From Squalus acanthias (lineage: Eukaryota), in assembly GCA_030390025.1 (NCBI GenBank), contig CM059438.1:63924001-63988000 (forward strand): DNA of 64,000 nucleotides, in the 5' to 3' direction. The notes under the pieces were generated by a model. The model made no database searches and was not told the DNA's origin. It was given only the letters and a program-made list of their open reading frames with translations. The position numbers were made by a program, and so were the translations under genes. How positions within the stretch are numbered: the first letter of the stretch is position 1; each line of letters begins with the position of its first letter. Of this stretch, positions 12,653-23,055 are shown piece by piece.

Positions 12653-13599
12653 TCTTTATCCATGCTCCTCTGCTTATGTTGCACAAGCTCCAACTCACCC
12701 AAAACTTTGCTCCCCACCCTAAGCCCCGCATGCCCACGACTCTGGTTGTCACTGACCTCCACTGTGTCCCATGCTCCAACAGACTGCAGCCAGTTTATTT
12801 AAGGTTAAACAGACAAAGCAGTCAAGTTTGAAAACACCCTCGCAGAGCTTGGAATAAAACAAATACTTGAGAGAGAAAGCAGTCCGGTCCCTTAGTCGAC
12901 CAACAGAACATAGTCTTTTCAGGACTTACGTAGGTGCTGACCCATAGAGCTCCATTCCATTCCTGTCTGCCAGAATAGGTGATTTCAGGGCCACTATAGC
13001 GAGCCACTATGTTGACTGTTACATGAATGTGTAACTTTCATTCTGAGTGGGATATTTTAAAACTAATTTAAATTAAAAGACACAATAAAGAAACAATAAG
13101 GAGCCTTCCCAAGAATGGCAGCGTGGTATTGAACTTATGTTGACAGAGTAAAACATTGAACAATGGATTGATCGGGCAAGGGTTTCCATCCAACAGTTCC
13201 TATGAATGCTCCAAATTCCTGATCTCTGTTGGGCCATCAGGGGCAGCACTGATGCAAGGTAGAAATGTAGTATTGAAGATTGGAGAGGAAGTAAGTTCTG
13301 GGAATTCTCATGCGGCCATTAGTGGCCTGTTCCAAAAAAAGAAACCAACCACTGACTAAGGGGCCTGGAAGTGGGTAGGCTGTTTGAAGTGCAAGACTGA
13401 CAATGCCTGCCTTACACAAGGGAATCAGAAAAAAGAAGTGATCGAAATAGCAAATGGATCAGCCCTTGCCCTGTGCTGATTGAGCTGATCTCAACCAAAA
13501 TGGCAGCAGTGGGGCCACTCCGCACCCCTAGGTTAGTGGAAGAAAACGCGAGCTGGGAAACACGCCCCTGATTAATATACATTGATGTATTAAATATTC

Positions 13600-13860
13600 A
13601 CATGCACAAGGCACATCATCTTTAACTTCTTTACCCAGAGAGTGGTGAGTACGTAGAACCAACTACCACATTGAGTAGTTGAGGCGAATAGCAGTGATGA
13701 ATTTAAGGGGAAGCTAGATAAGCACACGAGGAAGAAAGGAATGGAAGGACATGCTGATAGGGTGAGATGAAGTAGGATGGGAGGAGGCTCGTGTGTAAAC
13801 ACCGACACAGACCATTTGGGCTGAATGGCCTGTTTCTGTCTTGTTCTGTAAATTCTGTGT
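13600..13860 (+). mobile_element. CR1-type LINE 3' end
   Basis: ttctttacccagagagtggtgag ... gggctgaatggcctgtttctg, a CR1-type 3' end. Confidence 0.65.
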
Positions 13861-14538
13861 AAAGGTTAGAGGAACAGAACATCAACTGACTCTGGCTGTT
13901 GGAATAGAAAAGGTGCTGTGGCCCACAATATGAGAATATTTGGCAGACACTACGAGGGAAGCTACTTTACCATCAGCAACAACTCATTCATATTCAGTGA
14001 CAGGATCCTTATGTGGGTGGTCCTGTGAGACACTCTGTGCCGCTGCTGTTACCCAGTCTGCTGTATGTTCACGATGACAGAACCCTTGCACCAGTTTTTC
14101 TGAAGAAGGAGAAAAAAAGTAATTGTGCCAGATTTCTACAACTTCGGGGCAGGGTAGCGGATGAGCGTAGACTGAAGCACCTCTGGGCAGCTTGTGTTGG
14201 CTGATCCTTGAATATGCAGGAGTCCAGGGAAGATGGCAATTAAGCAGAAAGGTTGAGCTGCAGAAATGCGATCTGTGTGAACATCACATCAGTTTTGTGC
14301 GGGAAAGTTGAGGCAAAGCTGTGGCGAGCCCACCACTCTAAGAGTTCCTGTGCCTGGAAGGTCGAGACCTCATGGGAGCTGTGGTGTGCTGGTTGGTTGT
14401 GGCCATTTCTTTCTTAAGATGCTAATTCTTCATGTATGGCGTCCATGTGTCACATGCATCATATATTATTCTGAAATAAAAACAGAAAATGCTGGAAATA
14501 CTCAGCAGGTCAGGCAGCATCTGTGGAGAGAGAAACAG

Positions 14539-14575
14539 AGTTAACGTTTCAGGTCGATGACCCTTCGTCAGAACT
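14539..14575 (-). ncRNA. Minimal type-I hammerhead ribozyme motif
   Basis: Same sequence as 12547-12583. Confidence 0.7.
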
Positions 14576-15253
14576 GGAAAAAGTTGGAGATGGAACAGGT
14601 TTTTAAGCAAGTGCAGGGGCAGGGAAAGGGGGGGGGGGGGAGGAAAGAACAAAAGGGAAGGCCTGTGATAGGATGGAAGGCAGGAGAGATTAAGAGACAA
14701 AAGGGATGATGGTGCAAGTCAAAAGGAGATGGTAATGGGACAAGTTAAGAAACAAAAGATGAGTCTAGATGAGGTGCAAATGGGAATGGCAGAATGATCA
14801 GCAGCTGCCATGTGATTCTTCCGACACCCTCCGCCACTTTGACATGTTTCCAGTTTCCTGGCCCTAACCGTCTCCTCTTCACTATGGATGTCCAATCCCT
14901 CTACACCTCCATCCCCCACCAGGATGGCCTGAGGGCGCTCCGCTTCTTCCTTGAATAGAGGCCCAATCAGTCCCAATCCACCATCACCCTCCTCCACCTG
15001 GCTGAACTTGTTCTCACATTGAACAACTTCTCCTTTGACTCCACTCACTTCCTCCAAATTAAAGGGGTAGCTATGGGAACCGGCATGGGTCCTGGCTATG
15101 CCTGCCTTTTCATGGGATATGTGGAACATTATTTGTTCCAGTCCTACTCAGGTACCCTCCCTCACAGACCTTCCCTTTTGTTCTGTCCTCCCCTCCCCCC
15201 TTTCCTTGCCCCTGCACTTGCTTAAAACCTGTTACATCTCTGAAACTTTTTCC

Positions 15254-15290
15254 AGTTCTGACAAATGGTCATCGACCTGAAACGTTAAAT
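15254..15290 (+). ncRNA. Degenerate hammerhead motif (core CUGACAA, G8>A)
   Basis: agtt-ctgacaa-a-tggtcatcgacct-gaaacgtt-aaat. Confidence 0.45.
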
Positions 15291-15427
15291 CTGTTTCTCT
15301 CTCCACAGATGCTGCCTGACCTGCTGAGTGTTTCCAGTATTTTCTGTTTTTATTTTAGATTTCCAGCATCTGCAGTATTCTGCTTTTGTGATATATTATT
15401 CTGCCCGGGTTTGAGGTGGGACATAAC

Positions 15428-17608
15428 GGGGAGAATTTTTCGGGGGTGGGGGGGGGGTCAGCGGAGGCATTTGATGGCGGGTCGGCTAGGAATTTTTTTT
15501 TTTGACAGCGGCTAGGGAACCCGCTGTCAACCCACCTGCATGCTATTCTCCCAGATGTCGGGTCTGTCATCACTGAACAGACCCGACACCAAGTGGCGGG
15601 GGAGGCAATGTAAATCATTAGAGAGATTGTTAACAGGCAATTAACTAGTATTTTAAGCTCACATTTAGATTTTTAGAATTCGCCAACGGCTTCCCCGCTG
15701 CTCGGGGATCACGTCAGGTAAGGAGGTCGGGTGTTGTGTCAGCATGTGATGATTTCTTTACTTGACAGCTGCAAATGGTCCATAAAAGCTCCCATTTCAT
15801 AGCTGTTCACTTTCCAAGGTTAGAAGCTGTTGCTTACTGCATTGGCCTCCTTAACGCCTCCCATTATCACCTCCAGGGGGCGATAACAGGGTGCTAGGCA
15901 CATACCGACCGGGCATGGCGAGAAGATCGACTCCTGCTACATTCGGCGGGAGGTTTGCGGCGGTGGTAACACTTTGCACCACGATCTCCTTTGCCCGGAG
16001 ATCATGTCGTCATCACCGTGCACATCGCCCCGGTAGCGCCCCGGACCCTGCAGCATCGCCGGGCGAAAACACCAGCAGCTGCAGGAGGTGTTCATCAGCA
16101 TGCCGGGCACTTCGGGGGCGATACTTAAAGGCGAGGTGGCCGAGGTAAGTAAAAAGCATTCTGAAATGCTCTTTCTCTTTTTTCTTCATTTGTCTTCGCC
16201 AGCTATTGATCAGTCCGGTGCTAATTTTTTCAACTTTTAAAAGTTAGCGCCCCAAACAGGGTGATACCGAATTTCTCCCCCATTGAGCTTTCTGCAGCTT
16301 GCAAGTGTTTGGAGCAAACTCTCTGTCCAGTGTCACCTCATTGGAACAACCTCTCTCACCATTGACAGATCGCTTCTCTCATCTCAACCTCACCTGCCAT
16401 CTATTCCATCAGCATCGGAGCCGTTGAAAAAATCTCACCTTGATCCCACCACAATCAGCCCCAACACCAGCAGCACCAGGCACACCAGCAGCACCAACAA
16501 CACCAAACTTCTCCGCAATCAGCTGATGCTGCACAGACACAGGGCATCAGCACCCGACCAGATTGCTGCCTGGGAGGCCAGGGATGGCCTCACCATAGAC
16601 AGATTTACTTAACTTGACTCTGTACACCCTGGCTGCCACATGATGCGCCAGGTTGGCACCACCCCACACCAACACCATAAAGCATCCTTACAATGCCCAA
16701 GCCATTCCATCCACACTCATCACCAATGCGGGGGGTACCATTATGTCTCACCATTCACTGCAACTCACTAAGCCACTTCCAAAGTTGCACACAAATCTGT
16801 CCGAGAACGCAAAGTGTTGAAAATAAAGATTTCAATGTTTGACAGCACATTAACAGAAACTTCACATAAACATTGGCTAAAACACCCAAGTGTTGTTAGT
16901 TGGTATGATTGGACCAGGATGAGGGTGCATGTGAGGGGTGGCTAGTGAGATGGGGAAGTGATAACGTAGATAGAGAGGGATGGGTGGAGGTGCAAGGTAA
17001 GTTGGTGTAAGGATGTGCAGGAGTAGAGTGATTGGGATGTGATGAGTGGCACAGCAGGATGAGGTTGAGTGTGGCTTTGCAGTAATGTTTTGTGATCCAC
17101 TGAGATCATTGAAAGGTTGGCGCCACTGCAGCCTGGTCCTCCTGATGACATCCCTGCTTGTGCCCTCCTGTGCAATGTGCAACCAGGCTGCATTGATCTC
17201 CTGGGGAGGTCTCTTCCGCCCATGGGAAGTGAAGAGGACCTCCCTGCGTGCTGTGACTCCACCCATAAGCATATGGAGGGAGTCATGGGAGAGCCTGGGT
17301 GCAGCTGTGCACCTCTGTGCAGTCATTGTCAGTGTCTGCAGCACCTCAATGCTGTAGAACACGGACAGCAGAACTGTCAAAATCAATTTGTGAATGGTCC
17401 CTTTAAGAAAACCGGTTGATGAAGCGTCATCAAATTACGTCATCAGAACCAGTTCCTTCAATTGACCGGCAAACGCGCTGGGCGGGGCTTAACAAACCCA
17501 ATCAGTGTAACATTCTTTTTACAGAACGGGATGGAGCCAGCAGCGGGGCTGCACCCCGCCACCGACCCCGGCCGCCCCGGACCCGCCTCGGCAGGCGAAA
17601 TCACTGCC
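15428..17608 (-). mobile_element. Non-autonomous Harbinger derivative with a Myb/SANT gene remnant; TSD AAC
   Basis: AAC at 15425-15427 and 17609-17611, with imperfect GG...CC TIRs. ORF 16877-17386 contains AAPRLS...ARREVLF...AAWLHIAQE...QWRQPFNDL (Myb/SANT-like). Confidence 0.75.
15844..16281. mobile_element. Harbinger-type MITE nested in the preceding element; TSD ATT
   Basis: ATT at 15841-15843 and 16282-16284. Absent from the paralogue at 18620. Right end ...aatttctccccc resembles the 33478 MITE. Confidence 0.7.
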
Positions 17609-18619
17609 AACAGCACAGTGTGTTGGTGGCGCTTTGTGCAGTCACCTGATGTGGTTTCACACCCATCATTCTCTGCACTCTGAGTCCAGGCCTTCGAGTT
17701 GGCTGCTCTGGAAGGACAATTTTGGATGCTGCCCCCACAATGGGTAGGAGAGAAAATTGAGAGGCTGGTCGCTAGAGGCCCTCTTTCGCACCTACAAAAA
17801 TGAGGAATTGGCAGAGGTCTGGGTGTAGGCACCTGACATATCCTTTATGTTGAGGAAGGTGTATGGGGGGAGACTACTGGAATTGAAAGACAGGAGGAAG
17901 ATTAGTAAATTATTTAAAGAAAAACCATACTGTTTCAAAAGACAAGTTCTTTCCTCCAGTCCCGTTAGGTTGTGTACTTCCAAGTGGTTGAGCAGCCTAC
18001 TTACTTTGAGGACTAAGCAAATGCTGCTCAGAATAACTGCGAGGAGATGCAAGCATTTTTTGATGTTAGAAGAGGGAGAAAGAATTGCCCAATATGTTGG
18101 AACGCTGACCTTTCACCTCTGAGTCCTTGGGTTGAACCTGGCCCAGAGTGATGGGATGAAAGGAACAAGCTTGGGCAGATGAAGTCTAGTAGTTCCTTGG
18201 AGCTGCCCACACTTAACACCGATTGCTTCATCTCCTACTCTAACTCATTCTTTCCAACGACCTCAAAACTGTGGAACTTCGTACCATCTTCAGTCATCCT
18301 TCCCTCCACTACAAGTGATCGACTTTTAAAATCCAAAGCTCAGCATCACCTACTTGATTCATCTCATCGCTTTTCAGTGTCATAACTGCAAATACAAATG
18401 AGGGAGGCCATTAAATTAAGAACCCATCCATATTTGCCATTATTGTCACAAAGATGCAAAATGGATTCCACAGATAATGCTCTGTATACATCGTTTAATG
18501 TGGTTGGAAATTATTCATTTTAATTGTTTGTTTATTATGTGGGAGGAGGGTACTAACATGAAAAAGATGACGAATACCCCCTAAAAAATATGAAACGTGA
18601 GTTTTGAATCCTAAGCTAT

Positions 18620-20367
18620 GGGGGAAATTATGCGGGGGGGTCAGCATGTGCGATCGGTGGTGGGTCGGGTGGGAAAATGTTTTTTTTTGACAGCCGGTCA
18701 CGCGCCTTTGCCAAATGTCGGGTCTGCCAGCGCTGAGCAGACCCAACACACAGCAGCGAGGGAGGCAACTGAAATCATTAGTGGCTTATTTACAGCCACC
18801 TAACAAAGCTTTTTTCCCAGCTTTTTCATTTTGACAGGTTGCTCACCGGTTTCCCGCTGTGCCTACACCTCGTCAGTGAAGCTGAGCCGGGAGGTCACTT
18901 GCCTTCGTTTCAGCTGATGAGTTGACAGCTTCAAATGTCAAGTCAAAGCTCCCAGCTGATTCAGATATCTTCTCTTAGTCACTAGCTTCTCTAAACTGCA
19001 TTTCCACTACAAATTCAGAATGCTGCAAGTCTTTACACAAGTTTCCATCCAGTCTGACCTCATTACCTCTCCCACTATTGACAGATTGCTTCTGTCATCT
19101 CTACTTCACCTGCCATCTATTCCATCAGCATCGGTGCCCTTGAAACTCTCTCACCTTGGTCCTCAGAATCCCACCATGATCAGCCCCAACACCAGCAGCA
19201 CCAGGCACACCAGCATCACCAACAATAACACCAACCTTCTCCACAATCAATGATGGTGCACAGGACAGAGGGCATCAGCACTCGAGCACATTGCTGCCCA
19301 GGATGCCAGCAAAGGCCTCACCATGGCCAGATTTACTTCACTTGATGCTGTACACCCTGGCTGCCACATGATGTGCTAGGTTGGCACCACCCCACACTAA
19401 CACCATAAAGCATTCCTACAATGCCCAAGCTGTTCGTTTCACACTCACCACTATTGTGGAGGGTACCATTATGTCTCACCATTCACTGCAACTCACTAAG
19501 CCACTTACAAAGTGCACACAAATCTGTCCAAGAACACAAAGTGTTGAAAATAAAGATTTCAATGTTTGACACCACATTCACTGAAATTTTACATGAACAT
19601 TGCATAAAACACCAAAGTGCCTACCCTTGTGTGTTGTTAGTTGGTATGCTTGCAGTAGGATGAGGGTGAGTGTGAGGGGTGGCTAGTGAGATGGGGAAGT
19701 GATAATGTAGATAGAGAGGGATGGGTGGAGGTGCAAGTTAAGTTAATGTGAGTAAGGATGTGCAGGAGTAGGGTAGGGAAGGCAGAGTGATGGGGATGTG
19801 ATGAGTGGCACAGCAGGATGAGGTTGAGTGTGGCTTTGCAGTAATGTTTCGTGATCTACTGAGATCATTGAAAGGTTTGCACCACTGCAGCCTGGTCCTC
19901 CTGACAACATCCCTGCTTATGCCCTCCTGTGCAATGTGCAACCAGGCTGCGTTGGTCTCCTGGGGAGGTCTCTTCTGCCCATTGGAAGGGAAGAGAACCT
20001 CCCTGCGTGCTGTGACTCCCTTCTTAAGCAGATGGAGGGAGTCATGGGAGAGCCTGGGTGCAGCCCTGCACCTCTATGCAGTGCTTGTCAGTGTTTGCAG
20101 CACATCAATGCTGTAGCAGACTGACAGCACAAATGTCAAAGTAAATTTGTGCATGGTCCCTTTAAGGAAACCGGCTGATGACGCATCATCAAGTGACGTC
20201 ATCAGACCCGCTTCCTTCAATTGCCCGGCAAATGCGCTGGGCGGGGCTTAACAAGCCCAATCAGAGTAAAATTATTTTTACTGAGCGGACTGGAGCCAGC
20301 AGCGGGGACGCACCCCACCACCGACCCCGGCCGCACTGGACCCGCTGAGGTTGATATAATCCAGCCC
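18620..20367 (-). mobile_element. Second copy of the Myb-bearing Harbinger derivative
   Basis: Co-linear direct paralogue of 15428-17608. TIRs gggggaaattat / ataatccagccc. ORF 19738-19941 has LQWCKPFNDL. TSD not clean. Confidence 0.75.
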
Positions 20368-21163
20368 ATAGTCTCTATGTAATGCCTTATCACGTCTCCC
20401 AAACCTCTCAAAGCGTGTCCAATATAATGAATTGTTTTGTCGGGGCTTATGTAGGCAAATATAAGCATCAAATGGATGTTTCCTAGACCCAGTGGACTGT
20501 CAATAAAAAGGGGCATCCAGCAGATAAAAGCTCAGTTTACTTAAAAAACACACGCATCAATTGTTGCTTTTGAAATGCTCCTTGGACCCGGGAGAGAGTG
20601 AATGAATTCCACCTTTATCGACATGCAGCAACGGAACGCAGTGGCATAAATCATTTCTGACCTGTTAATATGAAGAACTTGCAAGAACGTGGGACCTAGG
20701 ACCCAGCCTGCTGCATTCCGGAGGCTCCAATTTCAACTATTCGGCTGAAGCCCCCTTGAAAGGTGGTGCCATTTGGCCAGCGGTGTATGCCGTACAGCTC
20801 ATATACAAAGGAAAGGAAGCAGCTCTGACTCCAAGTTCAGAATCTTTTTTTCCAGAGACCGTCAGTTGGGCCTGATGGGTGGAAACATTTGATCGGCTTG
20901 AATGCACTGTTAGATTGTACAGCCCCGAGCATTGGGACAGACTGCACTTGTACTTCCATCACTAGACTGGATATTGTATTGTGTTTGGGGAATTCTCCAA
21001 CAGATGCTGCTTCATTGTTGTAATGCATTGAGGACCACTGACTGCACAGGCTGTAATGTGTGGGAAGTGGCTCTGAGCAGCTGTCTGCATCGATGTGATG
21101 CCACATGCGATGTCCTGAACTACACCTGGACTTTAGTCCTCATTAGTTTTTCCGTGGAATAAT

Positions 21164-21796
21164 GGGCCGAAAATTGATCCCGGGACGCGAGAGTACGCAC
21201 TGCGTACTCTCGCGTATTCCCACTCCAATTGCCGGTTTTCTGCATGCCCTGCGCATGCGCTGAAAACCGGCAATTGCTCTTCTGAAAAGGGGGCGGGTCC
21301 TGGGTGCATCGCGTGCGCGCTACAGGCTGCGCGCACGCTGTGCACTTCATGCTTTGGACGCGCAGGTAAGTAGTGAAGATTTTGGAAATGTAAAAAGGAG
21401 GAGTAAGACCCGCTTTTAAGAAGGTAAGTAGTGAATTAAGTATTTTTTTGAATTTTTTTTTACAGGTATATCTTTTTTAGAGACTTTAAAGACAGGTAAG
21501 TTTATTTTTATAACTTTTTAAAAGATTTTAAATTTTTTCAGAAATTTAATTTTTTATTTAAAATGGTTAATTTAATTAACTATACTTATTTTATTAATGT
21601 GATGGTTTTTTTTTAAATTTAATTGAGGTTTAGCTGTTATTTTGGGGGGGTGTAAGATTCATAGATTTCACAGCAGGTCTGTGAAACTTATGAATGGAAG
21701 ATGGTGTGCTGCCATTGGCTCTAACTGAGTCACGTGATCCCACAGCTCGCACGAATTCACTACGCCGCTGGGATACGCGAGATCAATTTCTGGGCC
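21164..21796. mobile_element. Harbinger-type MITE, 16-bp imperfect TIR, TSD AAT
   Basis: gggccgaaaattgatc / gatcaatttctgggcc, flanked by AAT on both sides. Confidence 0.8.
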
Positions 21797-21990
21797 AATA
21801 TGATCTTATTTGCTAAAATATTTCTGCTGTGTTACAAGACATGGTAACACTGAATTGTTACGTACAGACATATCCAGGTACAGTCAGACTTCTGACCAAG
21901 ACGCACTCCACCTACAAAATTACAGCACATAGTGACTCGCCAAATTTCTTTTACAAAAAGAGTAAGAAAAATTGTGTTAGAGAGGCGCTG

Positions 21991-22445
21991 AAAGAAAGAC
22001 TTGCATTTCTGTAGCGCCTTTCACGACCACCGGACGTCTCAAAGCGTTTTACAGTCAATGACGTACTTTTGAAGTGTAGTCACTGTTGTAATGTGGGAAA
22101 TGCGGCAGCCAATTTGCGCACAGCAAGCTCCCACAAACAGCAATGTGATAACGACCAGATAATCAGTTTTTGTTATGTTGGTTGAGGGATAAATATTGTC
22201 CACGATACCAGGGATAACAACTCCCCAACTCTTCTTCGAAATAGTGCCTGGGGATCTTTTACGTCCACCTGAGAGAGCAGACAGGGCCTCGGTTTAACGT
22301 CTCATCTGAAAGACGGCACCTCCGACAGTGCAGCACTCTCACAGCACTGCACTGGAGTGTCAGCCTAGATTTATGTGCTCAAGTCTGAACCCACAACCTT
22401 TTAACTCAGAGGCAAGTGTGCTACCCACTGGGCCACTGCTGACAC
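21991..22445 (-). mobile_element. Full-length DeuSINE (SacSINE1-like)
   Basis: tRNA-like head, Deu-domain-like gtctttcagatgagacgttaaaccgagg, L2-like tail ending in (TTTC)n. Confidence 0.85.
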
Positions 22446-22783
22446 TGAAGGCAGCTTCCTCCAAACCTCAAGGTCTTCACTCAACTTTAGGGACATCACA
22501 ATTTAGGGCTGAGGGCCTTGCCAGCGATGCCCACATCCTGTGAATAAATTTTAAAAAAACATCATGAGCGGTTTCGATAGAGTAAATGGGGGAGGAACTG
22601 TTTCCACTGGCAGGAGGGTGGGTAAGCAGAGGATATAAATTTAAGATAATTGGCAAAAAGTCCAGGGGGGAAATGAGGAGAATTTGTTTTTACGCAGTGA
22701 GCTATGATGATCTGGAATGCACTGCCTGAAAGGACGTTGGAGGCAGATTCAATAATAACTTTCAAAAAAGGAAATGTATATAT

Positions 22784-23015
22784 TGTGGCGGATCGCCACC
22801 TAAACGGGCGCAATCCACTTTTCCGTCCGTGGACAATAAATCGGGCACCTTGCCTTTAAGGCGCATGCTGCCTTTAAGGCAGGGAAAAAAGGAGTGGGCC
22901 TGGCCTCAGAGTTTGCAGAGAGATGTTAGCAGCCATTTTACCAGAGATGTGATTAAAAACCATGTGTTCCACTTATTGACTCGGCTTCAATTCGTGCTTC
23001 GCGGCAGCCACAACA
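22784..23015 (+). repeat. 5' LTR (232 bp)
   Basis: Direct repeat of 26875-27106; about 8 substitutions by hand count. Confidence 0.95.
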
Positions 23016-23016
23016 T

Positions 23017-23030
23017 TGGTGACCCCGACG
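23017..23030 (+). promoter_or_regulatory. Primer binding site complementary to the tRNA-Trp 3' end
   Basis: TGGTGACCCCGACG lies 1 nt after the LTR and matches the first 14 nt of the ASLV-type tRNA-Trp PBS. Confidence 0.8.
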
Positions 23031-23055
23031 CTCAGAACGTATTCCGAGCACTGCA

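Larger units (their letters stand above)
11150..12790 (+). mobile_element. Highly degenerate L2-like LINE, interrupted by a Penelope terminal repeat
   Basis: C/T-rich + strand with remnants of YRPP and GDF endonuclease motifs; L2 RT-tail-like sequence resumes after 12652. Confidence 0.45.
14470..15388. mobile_element. Rearranged Penelope-like insertion: minus-strand pLTR, RT fragment, plus-strand pLTR
   Basis: 14470-14680 is inverted relative to about 15165-15360. The internal RT fragment (NNFSFDSTHFLQIKGVAMGT) is nearly identical to the ORF at 62365-63705. Confidence 0.85.
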
